IMG/VR virus record: IMGVR_UViG_3300044858_003398
DNA length: 64,000 bases
Reading direction: 5' to 3' (one strand)
From: a virus
Shown here piece by piece: positions 34,574 through 46,600 of this stretch. The position numbers and the translations under genes are program-made. Every line of letters begins with the position of its first letter. Position 1 is the stretch's first letter. The notes under the pieces are model-generated. The model was not told the DNA's origin. It worked only from the letters and a program-made list of their open reading frames with translations, and did no database searches.

Positions 34574-37081
34574 TTAAAGCTCCACTATCGTCATTTCCAT
34601 TCTGCCAGCCCCATCTCCGCAATCTGCAGATCTACCACATCCTCTCAGCCAAAATGGGCACATGCCACCCCCGTCTGGATTTATCAAACCGTGGAAATAG
34701 TATGGATTACAGGATTCAGTATAGGACTCAAAAGAACTTTTAGACTCTGGCGGATCTAAATTGAAGTGACTAGATATCATTGTGCCAAATTGCATTAATG
34801 TATATGCTCCTCCATTCATAGCCACAATCACCTTTATTATGTCGTCACCGCAAGTTGTGTATCCCTCATAATAGCACTCATGAGAAAACTCAATTGGGTC
34901 TGTGCTTGACAGATTATAGATATCTACATATTTTAGGTCAATGCTCAGGCCGAATACTCCAGTCGGAGAAAAGGGACCGCTGATATCATCCGCTGGAGAT
35001 ACACTATAGGCCGAAAAGGATACGTTTATTCCCTCTGGATGGCTTCCACATTCTATATAGCACGGAGAGGCCACCTCGCAACGAGATCTCGATGAGCAAT
35101 CTGCAAACATCGGATATGTTTGTGCTCTCATCGTTCCAACAGTAAGTCCACTCTCAACTACTGTATCGGTAAAAGAGTATGACATGTCTAATGAGCTACA
35201 TACAGCAGGATATGAGGAATTAAATGAGTAAGCGTATCCAGTTTCAAAAAATCCTCCACCTAAGCTTATTCCGCACAGACCATTGTAGGTTTCGTGCCCG
35301 ACAAAGCCGATCTCTGGATTCTGAGTTAGACAAAGCCTAATTTCGCTATCTCCACTTCCTGTTATCCAACAAGAGTCCCCATCCCACTCTAGGGTATTCC
35401 TGTTGATATTTGTAGCAAGTGTGCTTCTTACTGTTTCTACTGTAAGTAGGCATAGTCTCTTAGGAACACATCGGCATTTATCACTGCAAAAATATTTCCA
35501 GCAGGAGCATCTTCCCGGCCTTATGTATCTATAGTCTATATATTCAGCCGCTTTAGTATAAGATCCGAATGCTTTGGTCTCGCATGTGCAAGATGATCCA
35601 TCCCCGTATGAGACAGTACTATTAGTTCTATTCCCGCCCAAGAATAGAGATCTGCTGGTGTTATTGCCCGGCTCGTAGTAGTAATCTTCATTGTAATTAA
35701 TGAATGATGCATCGCCAGAATGGCTAAGATAATTTATGGTTGGAGAAGAGTAGAAAGCCCCACCTCTCCATACATGATCAAGTTCAAGTGGAGTGAACCC
35801 ACTATCCAGTACGTCCACTGGTATGAAAATGAACTTAGGATCTCCGCTATCCCTTACTAGGTCCATCTGGCCGCTATATCTGGCTATCTCATCAACATAT
35901 GTTTCATACAGATATAGGTATCTTTTATGTTCTCCTGCTGGAACCTGACCAACTCCAGTATCATTGAGTGGAGTATATGTCCATCTGGCCAAAGCTTGTC
36001 CTGTGTAAGCATACTCATATCCTGTATACGATGGGTGGAACTCCATCCTCTGGATTGGGTAGAAGCCAGTGTCGTATGCATATTCTCGATACCTAATGAG
36101 TTCTTCTGTAGCACTAAATGAGCTATAGTCCCTATTGAACTCAACACATAGGTATCTGGGGACTTCAGAGCAGTCAGTAACGAGTGGAATTATTCCAGTA
36201 GGGTATTGCCCATCCGGATGGTCTGGGAATCCAGAATCCCTAACTGGAGGAGATATTATTCCAGATGGGAGCCTTACCATTGTGCCACTATTTGGAGGAT
36301 CTACTGCCTCGAAAGCGTATATCCCGCCATAGTTGGGGAATGGACTCATATCAATTGGGTTTGGCTGTCCGCTAGCATTGTATAGATTTCCTTGGCCAGT
36401 TATAGGTGATGCAGACAGATTTCTTTTCTCAAAAGCAACTTTTGCCGAATCAAAGTTTTCAAGAGTAACAGTTCCCCCATATCCTCCAAAAGCGGATACT
36501 CCACTAAAAGAGAAATTTGGAGCGTTCAGGCATGTTGTATCTGTATGATTAATGAATTCAGTATCTGAATAGGAGCCATCAGCAAGCGACACTCCGGTAG
36601 CTACATGCATTGTCCATCTACATCCAGAAGAATCAATGCTGATTGCCCCGGTACTGTCAACTGCAAATGGAGACAAATAGATTGCCACTGGATGATTTAT
36701 TATTGTCCCCATGTATCTAACAGATTTAAGGGCATATGTATCCAGATAGTATGGTTCAAAGAATAATTCTTGCTTTTGCTCGTATATGTCGCAAGCATCT
36801 CCAGAGTTGTCAGGAGTCCACTTAACAACTAAAACCTTTGGATTGCAAGAGCAGCAATGCTCTACGTCTGGATTTCTATCCCCGTCTACCCACCCAGCGG
36901 CAACAGAAAAGTCTACCTTCATATATAGGCATGGATCGCAACAGCAATCGTAGTCCATCAGGGCCTTTTTGCCCGTATCGACTACTGAAGCATTAAATTC
37001 GGTGAAAGATCTAACCCCGTTATGATGAGCATAACAAGCGAAACCATTTTTCAGCTTGTCTGGTCCTTGACTCCTAGGCAT
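34574..37081 (-). CDS. Cys-rich putative tail-tip/virion protein
   Basis: 835 aa with CCC/CCSC/CSC clusters; downstream of the TMP. Confidence 0.6.
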   Translation of the reverse strand: MPRSQGPDKLKNGFACYAHHNGVRSFTEFNASVVDTGKKALMDYDCCCDPCLYMKVDFSVAAGWVDGDRNPDVEHCCSCNPKVLVVKWTPDNSGDACDIYEQKQELFFEPYYLDTYALKSVRYMGTIINHPVAIYLSPFAVDSTGAISIDSSGCRWTMHVATGVSLADGSYSDTEFINHTDTTCLNAPNFSFSGVSAFGGYGGTVTLENFDSAKVAFEKRNLSASPITGQGNLYNASGQPNPIDMSPFPNYGGIYAFEAVDPPNSGTMVRLPSGIISPPVRDSGFPDHPDGQYPTGIIPLVTDCSEVPRYLCVEFNRDYSSFSATEELIRYREYAYDTGFYPIQRMEFHPSYTGYEYAYTGQALARWTYTPLNDTGVGQVPAGEHKRYLYLYETYVDEIARYSGQMDLVRDSGDPKFIFIPVDVLDSGFTPLELDHVWRGGAFYSSPTINYLSHSGDASFINYNEDYYYEPGNNTSRSLFLGGNRTNSTVSYGDGSSCTCETKAFGSYTKAAEYIDYRYIRPGRCSCWKYFCSDKCRCVPKRLCLLTVETVRSTLATNINRNTLEWDGDSCWITGSGDSEIRLCLTQNPEIGFVGHETYNGLCGISLGGGFFETGYAYSFNSSYPAVCSSLDMSYSFTDTVVESGLTVGTMRAQTYPMFADCSSRSRCEVASPCYIECGSHPEGINVSFSAYSVSPADDISGPFSPTGVFGLSIDLKYVDIYNLSSTDPIEFSHECYYEGYTTCGDDIIKVIVAMNGGAYTLMQFGTMISSHFNLDPPESKSSFESYTESCNPYYFHGLINPDGGGMCPFWLRGCGRSADCGDGAGRMEMTIVEL

Positions 37082-38177
37082 TTATTTCCTCTCCGCAACA
37101 CATTCCTGTGACAACCCACCTAAACGGTGCCGATACGATAGATGCACTTATACATCCGGAGGCAGGATTTCCATCATAGATATTCTTGAAAGCCTGAGCT
37201 GTCCCCTTCATGCCAATAAGTACGGAGATGGGCAAATTAAAAAAGCACATTCCTTCATCAAATACTCTGATTCCAGTATCTCCAACAGCTACTGATGAAG
37301 TGGTTTGTCCTATGTCTGTTACCGTAGTTATGACGTAGTTACATCCAGCAGAGCTTGATCCTATGTCTTCAGATGGGCTATCGATCGTAAACCTCATCAA
37401 CTCTGTACTTCCGCCAGTAGCTATCCACACCTTTTTACCGTCATCCCATCTTACATCTAGAGGACCTGTTTTCCAAAGAGATGGATCGGAATATGCTTGA
37501 GGGTGCATGATCCCGCTTTCTCCAGTTGGGACTGGGTTTCCGCTAATGTCATAGCCGGGGCCACTCAATATCAGAGGGGCTCTGTGGGCTACTGATCGTA
37601 TGTCCAGTAACTCTGTCTTCTTGCGGTAGTAGAAGTCAGCATCAAAATAATTAGAGACTGAGTGAACGCCAGACTCTAGCGATTCAGCACTAGCGATTCT
37701 GTTCGCTGTCATAGCAGCCAAGATATTATGTCCACCTTCGGCCCATCCACTTGGGTTATATGTGCCAGTATCTACCAATCCAATATTATTAACCCCTGTC
37801 CCGTACATGTTAGATGGGTTAAATGGGTTCAATGAATTAACATTGATTACGCCAGCACCAGTCTCGGTTGGTGCCTCAAAATGTGGGAGAAGACCAGTAT
37901 AGTAAGGTGATGTGGAGTACCCGACGTACAACCCATCAAGGCTTATAGCTCCAACATTAATAAGATTGTCTGCATTACCAGCTGCTGATAGCAGTGTTGT
38001 ATACTGCCTAAAATATTCAGTATCAACTATGTTGTTACAATAGTACGAGAAACTATGCTTCTCCGACGCCGCATCTAGTAGATTACCAGTGGACCTTACA
38101 AACTGCTTTGCAGCAGAAATAATAAACTGAGGAGACGAAATCATGTCTCTCTTTTTACTGGTTTTATTTTTGCTCAT
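37074..38177 (-). CDS. putative tail-tip protein
   Basis: WKTGPLDVRWD; position in tail module. Confidence 0.55.
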   Translation of the reverse strand: MSKNKTSKKRDMISSPQFIISAAKQFVRSTGNLLDAASEKHSFSYYCNNIVDTEYFRQYTTLLSAAGNADNLINVGAISLDGLYVGYSTSPYYTGLLPHFEAPTETGAGVINVNSLNPFNPSNMYGTGVNNIGLVDTGTYNPSGWAEGGHNILAAMTANRIASAESLESGVHSVSNYFDADFYYRKKTELLDIRSVAHRAPLILSGPGYDISGNPVPTGESGIMHPQAYSDPSLWKTGPLDVRWDDGKKVWIATGGSTELMRFTIDSPSEDIGSSSAGCNYVITTVTDIGQTTSSVAVGDTGIRVFDEGMCFFNLPISVLIGMKGTAQAFKNIYDGNPASGCISASIVSAPFRWVVTGMCCGEEINA

Positions 38178-41100
38178 TATTTAGATCTTAGCTTATCAGA
38201 AAGTTTTCTTAGTCTTCGCACAACATCCCTACTGTCCCTGCCGAATCTCTGACTCAAGCTTCTAAAGTTGTATGTAGTCTGGACTTCAGAAGAATTAAAG
38301 GTAATATTGATATCGGTTATCCTAGGACCATTTGGTATAATCCCGCCTATTCTCTGTATTATAGGCAATCCCGGCAGGGTTAGCGTACCCTCTTCCTGAG
38401 CAAATAGTGAAAAGTTGTCTATACTATTGGCTATCGCCTGACCTGCTAGATTCATTCCAGCAAAGCCGCTCAGAGATGTCCCTTTTACTGTACTGACCAC
38501 TCTGGAGACCGACCCGTTTGGGTTAACTACCTGCCAATTAGTAGTTATGTCCCCATAGACTGGCATCATAAAGTTTTCTGGGACTAGATCCTCGTCTCGT
38601 TCATACTCAATTTTGCCACAGAATATAGTATTTTCGAAGTTAGTCATCCATGGACCATACACGTACCTATTTGATTTCTGCGGAATGCCCACAGCTTTTG
38701 GCGAGACAGCGGCTCTCGATGCAGAACTCTTCCCAAATTCTTCTCCGAATTCAGCAAAATCAGCCAGTTGGTCTGGCAAGCTATCTATAGCGTTTAGTCT
38801 TATCGAGTTGGACATTTCATCAATATATTTAGCCGATAGTGGATTTACTCCATCACTTTGGAACGTGGAGGGGTAGTATACTGGGGAAGTTGTGAATTTT
38901 ATGAATGGGAGTCCACTTCCTGCAGTGACAACCGGCTGATTTTTGATACCATACAATATGTCCTTCAGAGCGGTTCCGGAGTAGGTAAACGCAAAATGAG
39001 AGTCATACAACCCAGTCACAGATGGGGTAGGAACAAGGTTGATATTGTCTATAGTATTATCATTTTGTCTTTTGTAGTTGTTTAATACCTGAGTACGTAA
39101 GCCCTTAGTGCTCAGAGTATTGAAATAACCACTAGGCCCTATATCGTTCACACCAAATGGTGGAGTATATACCTCGATGTAATCATAAGGCAGACCTAAT
39201 GATGCAGAGATACCAATCTCGCTATGATGCTCTTTCATGGTATCAACGACATCTGAACTAGGGAAGAACACTTTAGACGCTGCATCAGTAATTGAATTGC
39301 TGGGGAGACCCTGAACTCCAACAGCCTCAGCTATTTGCTTGAAGCTAAACGTATACTCGTACATATAAAAATTGGTTGTGCTTGTGCTCATGCTCTCTGG
39401 TGGAGTACCAGTACCAGCAGGAGGATCAACGCTATCTATTACTGGACAATGTCCTCGATTATAGTAATCGAAGTACTTAGGAGTTAGATATATGTAATCT
39501 TCTCCGAGCGAAATAGGGGCGTGTGCGATACTAATGACTGGGCAATTTCCAGTACCGGATGGGTCGATATCAAAAACAGTACTGTCATTATGCTCAGAAA
39601 AGTCATATTTGTACTTGACTCCGGAGGCAAAACCAGATAGTTGCCCAGAGAGAAGACCGTAGCAGAGGTCGTCATCTCCACCGGCTACGAAAGAGTGCTC
39701 AAAATTTGCAAAAGACTTAAGTCTTCCATCCTGCATAAAGCTTGAATCTTTTGGTGCCTCCATTTGATTGTAAGCATATGGCTCGACATAGGCAGAGTCT
39801 GTAATGTCCCATGACTTAACAACATTGCCGACTAGGCTAGTATCACTCTCTGTAGTCTTTGTTCTAAACAGTGGGATTGGGGCAACCCAACTCTTGCCGT
39901 AATGGGTGTCGCCAATGTCTTTAACTTTTTCCCATATTTGCTTTATAATCTCGTAGTCGTCCGGAAGATCAAACTCTTCTGCTTGGGTAGAAGCACCAGC
40001 GAATCCCCTAAGAGACATGTATTTTCTAGTAGTGGCGACATTGGATGTGGTGATTTTGTCTCTTAGAACGTCCAACCCTCCACCTTCAAGTACATCAATC
40101 TTGTGTTTCTTCGTAGCCCTTAGATATGACTCCCAAGCCTCATAGGAGACCATCGCAGCCCTTATCTCAAGCATGCTTGCAAAGTATACACCGTCATAAC
40201 ACACCCCGACAATGGTCTCCTGAGAGAAGATAGACTGCATGTCTATAGCAACCCAGTCCCACGTATCATTAGGTGGCAGGGTTTGGGTGATGACTGGTAT
40301 GCTTTTAGTAGAAGTGGCTGTTGCTGAGCAGTAGTCCCCAGTTTGAGACACAAGAGCTATTTCTCCCCAGTATTGGTAGATATAATCTCTAGGAACAACA
40401 TTCATTCTAGTCTGGAAACCACCAACTACCATTTTGGCCGCTGTTACATCGCTAGCTTTCAAGCTCAAGGAAAGGTTGATTGGCCTGCTAATGCCAGAGT
40501 CAAAAACCCCACTTGCGAATGCTTCAGGCGGCTGAGGAACAGCTAAGATAACTCCAGTTTCTGGCCCAACTACCGGAAAGCGTCCCCCATATGGTCTAGA
40601 TCCATCAGTACCATTCTGTGCATAGTCAAAATCTATAGGATTAATGAATCTGCTACCATCGTCGAGTAATACCGTACCAGTATCTCTCGGCATATTAAGG
40701 TATGGAGGAAGCCCCGGATTTATGCTTCCGGCTCCACTAGATGGAACAAGTATCCCATAATCGCCAGCGTCTGGTCTTTCAAGATTCAATAGATCATAAG
40801 TGAACTCACTGAATGGCCTATTGCAATTTACGTATGTATTCCTTTGTATCAGGACTATCGATATGATTCCGCCAAAGATGGAATTCGGATATGTCTGAAT
40901 TAGTTCTGCCGCAAAACTTCCATCCCCATATGACTCATCATTCAGTTCGATGATAAAATCTGCATTAATAGCATCACATATGTTTGCTATAAAGTCGGCT
41001 AGTGATATGGAATCGCCAGAGATCAAGAAGTCCTCTGGTAGATAGTATAAAGCCGAAGAAATGAATCCAATTATGTCTATACCGTAATAGTATGGATACG

Positions 41101-41962
41101 GAGGGATATTTCCCTGTGCAGTATCACATATGTTATAGGTATTAGTGCCATAGAGGATATTGCCTCCTATGTACCTTTTGACAGAGGTTGCACTGGTTTT
41201 ATTCACTAGCTGGTCTATCGCGTATGCAATTTTGTCAACTCTCATACCGGAGTTAGAACTAGATGCTCCAAAACCAGCAAATGGGACAACAGCAACTCGG
41301 AATTCATCACCCGGAGGGCCTAGCAGGCCAAATGGATCTAGTGGATCTTCCTTCACCCATTCATTCTCGTAAGCGGCAAATACGTTGATGATGTTATAGG
41401 ACCTCTCCCACATTCCGGTAAAAGAGAGGTTCGAATTATTGGTCGCGAAAGAGTAGTCGCTAGTCTTGAAATAGTCTTCTGTTGGGGTCATACTGACTCC
41501 GTCAGGCAGATATCCCGGCTGCTTATCGGAGTCATCTATCTGATAGTAGCCGTCTCCTGAGAAGAACTGTGGAACCCCCTCGGTCGCAGCCCCATATCCC
41601 GGATAAGTATTTATTACTAGGGTTACGGCCTGTAAGACCTTCAGGGGGCTTACTATATTTGCCTTATATGATTTGTTGTCCGGACCTGAGTCTCTAGAGA
41701 TCGAGTCTAGGACTCCGTTAAAACCAAATATGGTTGCCCCGCTATTATCAACTATTTTGAAAAACTTGGGCGATCCTATAACTCCGGGGCTAAAGACATC
41801 ATTGTCCGTTGTGTCAACAACTAGGTCGATGGAGCATGAGCCGGGTTGGGAAGCATAGTCGGCAGAGCAATTAAATTTGGCTACGGTGGCCCCCATAAAT
41901 TTCTGCACTGGCACCAACGAAGACACGCCACTTCCAAATGGCTCAATTCTTTCATTCGTCAT
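38177..41962 (-). CDS. large tail-tip/hub-like protein
   Basis: 1261 aa; N-terminal FNGVL-type hub strand; C-terminal ITDINITF; two genes after the TMP. Confidence 0.55.
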   Translation of the reverse strand: MTNERIEPFGSGVSSLVPVQKFMGATVAKFNCSADYASQPGSCSIDLVVDTTDNDVFSPGVIGSPKFFKIVDNSGATIFGFNGVLDSISRDSGPDNKSYKANIVSPLKVLQAVTLVINTYPGYGAATEGVPQFFSGDGYYQIDDSDKQPGYLPDGVSMTPTEDYFKTSDYSFATNNSNLSFTGMWERSYNIINVFAAYENEWVKEDPLDPFGLLGPPGDEFRVAVVPFAGFGASSSNSGMRVDKIAYAIDQLVNKTSATSVKRYIGGNILYGTNTYNICDTAQGNIPPYPYYYGIDIIGFISSALYYLPEDFLISGDSISLADFIANICDAINADFIIELNDESYGDGSFAAELIQTYPNSIFGGIISIVLIQRNTYVNCNRPFSEFTYDLLNLERPDAGDYGILVPSSGAGSINPGLPPYLNMPRDTGTVLLDDGSRFINPIDFDYAQNGTDGSRPYGGRFPVVGPETGVILAVPQPPEAFASGVFDSGISRPINLSLSLKASDVTAAKMVVGGFQTRMNVVPRDYIYQYWGEIALVSQTGDYCSATATSTKSIPVITQTLPPNDTWDWVAIDMQSIFSQETIVGVCYDGVYFASMLEIRAAMVSYEAWESYLRATKKHKIDVLEGGGLDVLRDKITTSNVATTRKYMSLRGFAGASTQAEEFDLPDDYEIIKQIWEKVKDIGDTHYGKSWVAPIPLFRTKTTESDTSLVGNVVKSWDITDSAYVEPYAYNQMEAPKDSSFMQDGRLKSFANFEHSFVAGGDDDLCYGLLSGQLSGFASGVKYKYDFSEHNDSTVFDIDPSGTGNCPVISIAHAPISLGEDYIYLTPKYFDYYNRGHCPVIDSVDPPAGTGTPPESMSTSTTNFYMYEYTFSFKQIAEAVGVQGLPSNSITDAASKVFFPSSDVVDTMKEHHSEIGISASLGLPYDYIEVYTPPFGVNDIGPSGYFNTLSTKGLRTQVLNNYKRQNDNTIDNINLVPTPSVTGLYDSHFAFTYSGTALKDILYGIKNQPVVTAGSGLPFIKFTTSPVYYPSTFQSDGVNPLSAKYIDEMSNSIRLNAIDSLPDQLADFAEFGEEFGKSSASRAAVSPKAVGIPQKSNRYVYGPWMTNFENTIFCGKIEYERDEDLVPENFMMPVYGDITTNWQVVNPNGSVSRVVSTVKGTSLSGFAGMNLAGQAIANSIDNFSLFAQEEGTLTLPGLPIIQRIGGIIPNGPRITDINITFNSSEVQTTYNFRSLSQRFGRDSRDVVRRLRKLSDKLRSK

Positions 41963-41964
41963 AC

Positions 41965-43626
41965 TTATCCCTGTTCTTTCTCATAAGTCCATCCTATAGA
42001 ATATGTGTAGCTTCCGCTCTTTGGATTCCATGACTCCTGAGGGGCATCATAGAATACTTTAGTAGGAATTACTCCAGATTCATTGGCGGGATTCGCCGCG
42101 TCATATATTGCCTGAAAGTCCCCAGAGCTAGCTATGCTTGGTTTTTGTGTGAATAGCCAATTCTTGATTTTGTCTGATCTAGTCTCTACTCCGGTTGGAG
42201 GGAGGAACCTGCCACTCTCGTCTGTTCTAGAAGCATAGTCCGGATTGTCTGAATATCCCCAGTTCCTTGACAGATCGCCCATCTGGACATTAATGTTTAG
42301 CGTTCTCTTATACTCACTTCTGGACCCCAAGTATTGTAGAACTGGCTGACTTCGTCCTATTACTGGCGTGGCTGAATACAACTGGCCGGGATAGGTATCA
42401 TCAATTGATATCTCTTCTGATATACTACCAGCAATGATGTTTGGTGGCCTATTATCATAGCTGAACTTGTATGTAATCTCCCCAGCATTTGGGAATCTAC
42501 CGACAGAAGAGCTTACTGGCCTTGGATGTAGCCAAGCCATACTGCCAATGTTCTGCTTAACTCTATTATACAGGGATGATTCTACTGCCCCATAGTATGA
42601 TAGAGCATTTGTGTACTTAGATACTGAAGTGCCTGATACTCCGGTTGGTAAATTAGTCTCTATCCCCTTGATCGATCCATCGATTGAGACGCTAGTTAGT
42701 GATGATTCTGACTTATCGACAGAAATTGAGCAGTTTTCAAAGGCCAATATACCAGATGGGAAAAGTCCACTTGGTACATAAGAAAAGGTTTCTTCTACCT
42801 GATAAGATCCAGCCGATCTATTTATCGTCTCATTCATGGTCCTATTAGTAATATAGTAGCCGGAGGCAACGTATAGGAGCCCTTGTGGGATGTTGGCCGG
42901 GCCTAATCCAACTACTGAATTCACGTATCCACTAGCTTGCTGCCAAGCCTTTAAGGGGATATTCCCAGAAGAGTCATAAACTCTTTTACCCTGTGCCTCA
43001 ACCGAGTGAGATATTGAGTAGACCTTTTTGATTTCTCCCCAATTCCCCGTGTTAACTACAACGTTTTCATCTTCTTGTATGGACCAATTCTCATTTACTG
43101 AAGAGACATAGTAGGAGAAGCCGTCTTCGCTTGATCCATTTGTGAATAGGCCAGTATTGGCGGGCGATATGAAGTTGGCAAAATCAAACTCCATAGTATA
43201 ACTGGCAGGTTTGGCCCAGTTACCGTCTGAGTCTACAGTGAAAGATTTAAGATCTCCATAGAACTTAAGCCCCTGATCGTGGGCGAATCCTACAACTTCT
43301 ACCTTGATGCCAGTAGCTGGAGATACTAAGTCTCTCAACTGCTCCATTTTGGTAATTGTGGAAATCAGTAGGTCTGATTCCCCTATGTTGTGTAGCGGGT
43401 CATCGTCTGCGGATTGGGTTGTAGTCCAACCGGCAACAGACATAGACGAAGCAAATGAAACTCCAGAGGTAGAGATCGGGTTTCCCTTATTTTGCAGGAT
43501 TTTGCCCTGTAAAGATAAAGTGTATCCAGCCCCAAGGTTCGTGCCATCATCTGCTATGATGGTATTTTTAGAGAAACTAGCAACTGGGGCCGGTAATATG
43601 GCTTTTCCATTTACGATTACTGGCAT
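41965..43626 (-). CDS. distal-tail-like protein
   Basis: Immediately after the TMP; repeated beta modules (YTLSLQG, YSISHSV, YTYSIGWTYE). Confidence 0.5.
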   Translation of the reverse strand: MPVIVNGKAILPAPVASFSKNTIIADDGTNLGAGYTLSLQGKILQNKGNPISTSGVSFASSMSVAGWTTTQSADDDPLHNIGESDLLISTITKMEQLRDLVSPATGIKVEVVGFAHDQGLKFYGDLKSFTVDSDGNWAKPASYTMEFDFANFISPANTGLFTNGSSEDGFSYYVSSVNENWSIQEDENVVVNTGNWGEIKKVYSISHSVEAQGKRVYDSSGNIPLKAWQQASGYVNSVVGLGPANIPQGLLYVASGYYITNRTMNETINRSAGSYQVEETFSYVPSGLFPSGILAFENCSISVDKSESSLTSVSIDGSIKGIETNLPTGVSGTSVSKYTNALSYYGAVESSLYNRVKQNIGSMAWLHPRPVSSSVGRFPNAGEITYKFSYDNRPPNIIAGSISEEISIDDTYPGQLYSATPVIGRSQPVLQYLGSRSEYKRTLNINVQMGDLSRNWGYSDNPDYASRTDESGRFLPPTGVETRSDKIKNWLFTQKPSIASSGDFQAIYDAANPANESGVIPTKVFYDAPQESWNPKSGSYTYSIGWTYEKEQG

Positions 43627-46600
43627 TATAGTGCTCCCATTTCTTTTCCACGTATCGCTTCTGCTATCATATCACTTATTTCTCTTTTTGCTGCGTCACT
43701 TACCATCCCGATAACGCCACTTTTATCACTAATATCTACTGACACATTTCCTCCCTGCATCTTCAGATCAAAGCTAGCACCTTTTAGTCCGTCAAGTATC
43801 GTTCTCATATCTTCTGAGAACTTACCTAGGCCACCAGTCATACTCATTATAGACTGATTGAACATAGCCGCAGAGGAACTCAACATTTCAGAATGAAGCC
43901 TCATACCTTCTACAAGAGCGGCGTCGTTAGCATTGATCTCTGTATTTTGTGCCCCAACCTGTCCAGCAAGGTTACTACCATTAGCGGTAAATCCTGTCTG
44001 TCCGACCATGTTTAAATTCTGACCAAGTTCTGAGTTCTGACCAAGTCTTCGAAGACCGATCTTTCCACCAGTGGCACTAGCATCTCTTTGAAGGTTTTGA
44101 GCGGTTTCCGGAGCCTGTATTCCAGTATAGAAAGATCTATCCCCGCCATTTCTGTTAATGGCTCGGCCTATTTCCTTATTAGCAGCAGCTTCTCCACCAG
44201 TTAGTCTGGCATTCTCAACCCTCTGTAATGATCTCAACTTCTTCTGAGCATCTCTCTTCGCATCTGTACCAGCCCCACCGCTTAAAGCTATATTGAACTC
44301 TTCTATGGTTTGAGCCCTATCCTTCTCAAGAGAGAGTTCTTCTTTTATCGCCTCTATATTAGCTTCACGAAGACCGGTCTCTCGATTAATTGCAGCCGCT
44401 TGTTTTTCTGCTGCTACTTGCAGGGCAGAAAACTGGAACTGTAAACCTATGCTGTCTTGTGCTACTGCGTTGGCGGCAGCGGCAGCATCACTAGCTGCAC
44501 CGGGTGCGGCGTTAGGTCCAACAACTGGTCTAGCTGCACCAGCGGCGGCAGCACCACCACGAAGGGCTCCACCACCAGCCCCATTGACGGCAGTAGCAGG
44601 TACGCCAGCTACAGTAGCTTCTCTTCTTATCTTATTATCTCTGGCGGCTTTAGCTCCTACTGCGGTATTTAAAGGGTCAGAAGTTTCCTGAGCTACTATT
44701 CTTTTCCCTTTACGATTCAGCATTTCTGCAGTAAAGCCGTACTCGGCCCGAGTGTCATTTGCTGGAATAAGTGATCTTGTTTCGTCTTGTCTTGCTCGAA
44801 TCTCGCTAATTGTAGATCCACCTGATCTAAAGCTTTGTAGATCTGCATCTCTTCCTCTGGCCGAACGGCCAGCCTCGTCACTCGCAGCGGCATACTCCAT
44901 TTGAGCTTTATTGGCAGCATCTAAAGCGTCTATAAACCTATTGATGCCAGTTTCTACATTCGTAGCTGCTTCGATTAGTTTACTTTGAAGCTCGTCGGCT
45001 CCCGCTATTGTCGCCTCATAGGCTGCATTTATAGCATCCGCATCTAACCCATCTGCAGATCCACCAGCGGCCTCAATGGTGTCTCTTTTATTCTGTAGTA
45101 TTTTTTCGCTCAACTCCTTCCTCTTTTCAGGAGTGGCGGTTGCGAACTGCTGATTTAATTTTTCTAACTCAGACTTAGATCTATTTACAGCAGACAGATT
45201 TTCATCGTATCCAGTAACACCTAAAGATTTAGCAGCAGCTATCTGCCTATTAACATCAGAGCTAGAAGCATTGGTAGAAAGGGAGGAGCTTCTAAAACCA
45301 GAAGAAGACAGTCCAGCAATCGTACTGCCAAGCTGCGAAGCGGCAATACCCTTTCTGTTAGCTTCTGCAAGACCAGTAGTAGTAGCTAATTGCTTCACCA
45401 ATTGTTCACTAAGAATAGCTCGTAATGCAGCTTCTGTTTTAGCGGCTTCTATTGAATCTTCAAATTGCAGACGCATATCACCAGTGATACCAGCAAGCAT
45501 CATCATTTCTGCTGCTGCTGGACCGATAGATATTAAAAATGCATCCCAATCGGTGCCACCAAAGTCTGTAAACGCAGACATACTAGTGTCAACTAGTGGA
45601 GCAATTTGATCAAAATTAGATTTAGCTTGGTCTTTAACAGCCTGTCTATCGTCTTCCATCTCTTTACTGAGTCTTACATTAGTATCATTTATACTTTCTC
45701 CCCCCACCATTTGTGTAAAAGAATCCAGTACTTGTCCAAAATATCCAGTCTGAGAATTCTGAGTTTGTTGATCCTGCTTCTCTTTTGCGGATTTTCTTGC
45801 GTCTCGATCAGCAGCCCCTATAGCGGCAGCATTTTCTCTGACAACACCACCTCTCAGAACATTATCTGCTTTTTCTTTATTATTAGCTTTAGCCACTTGC
45901 TTAGAAAGAGCAGTACTATTTCTATCTGAAACGTTCTTAGCATTTTGTAAAGACGCTTTAAACGATGCTTTTGCCGCTATGGAGGCACTTGATTCTAGCA
46001 GTCCAAAGCTAGCTCCAAGGTCTCTGATACCTGTTGCGAGACCAGCTCCTACATCTGTCATTAAGACAAGCTTAGCAACAACACCGACGATAGCGGCTCC
46101 GAGCACTACTGGCCAAGCAGCAAGACCAGCTACGGCTAATCCAATACCAGCCACAAGTGCAGTAAACGATGCTGAAAGCACTGTCGCATCTGATTGACTC
46201 TTCTCGTAAGTAGCTGCTTCAGCAGCCTTAGCTGCATTTCCCTCCATAATTGCCTTATTAGTCGCTTCAGTCAGTCCTCTAGCACTATCCACGATAGACC
46301 CAAAAGCATAAACTGAGAGCCCAGCAGCAGCCATAGCAGCCGTAGTAGCAACAACCGCCCCACCCAAAGCAGACATACTACTAACAGTAGAGGCGGAAGC
46401 AATACTTGATCCTCCCACGTTTGTAGCGAGTAATTTAGAAGCCTTTGTAGCTATCCCCTTGAAACCACCAGATAAAAAAGAAGAAATACTTTTAGCATTT
46501 AGGGAAACACCAAACAGCTCTAAAGCTGACACCGCTAATGCAGCAGTACTTACAAATTCTAAGGTAGTCCCAATAGCACGACTCATAGCAGATTCTGAGT

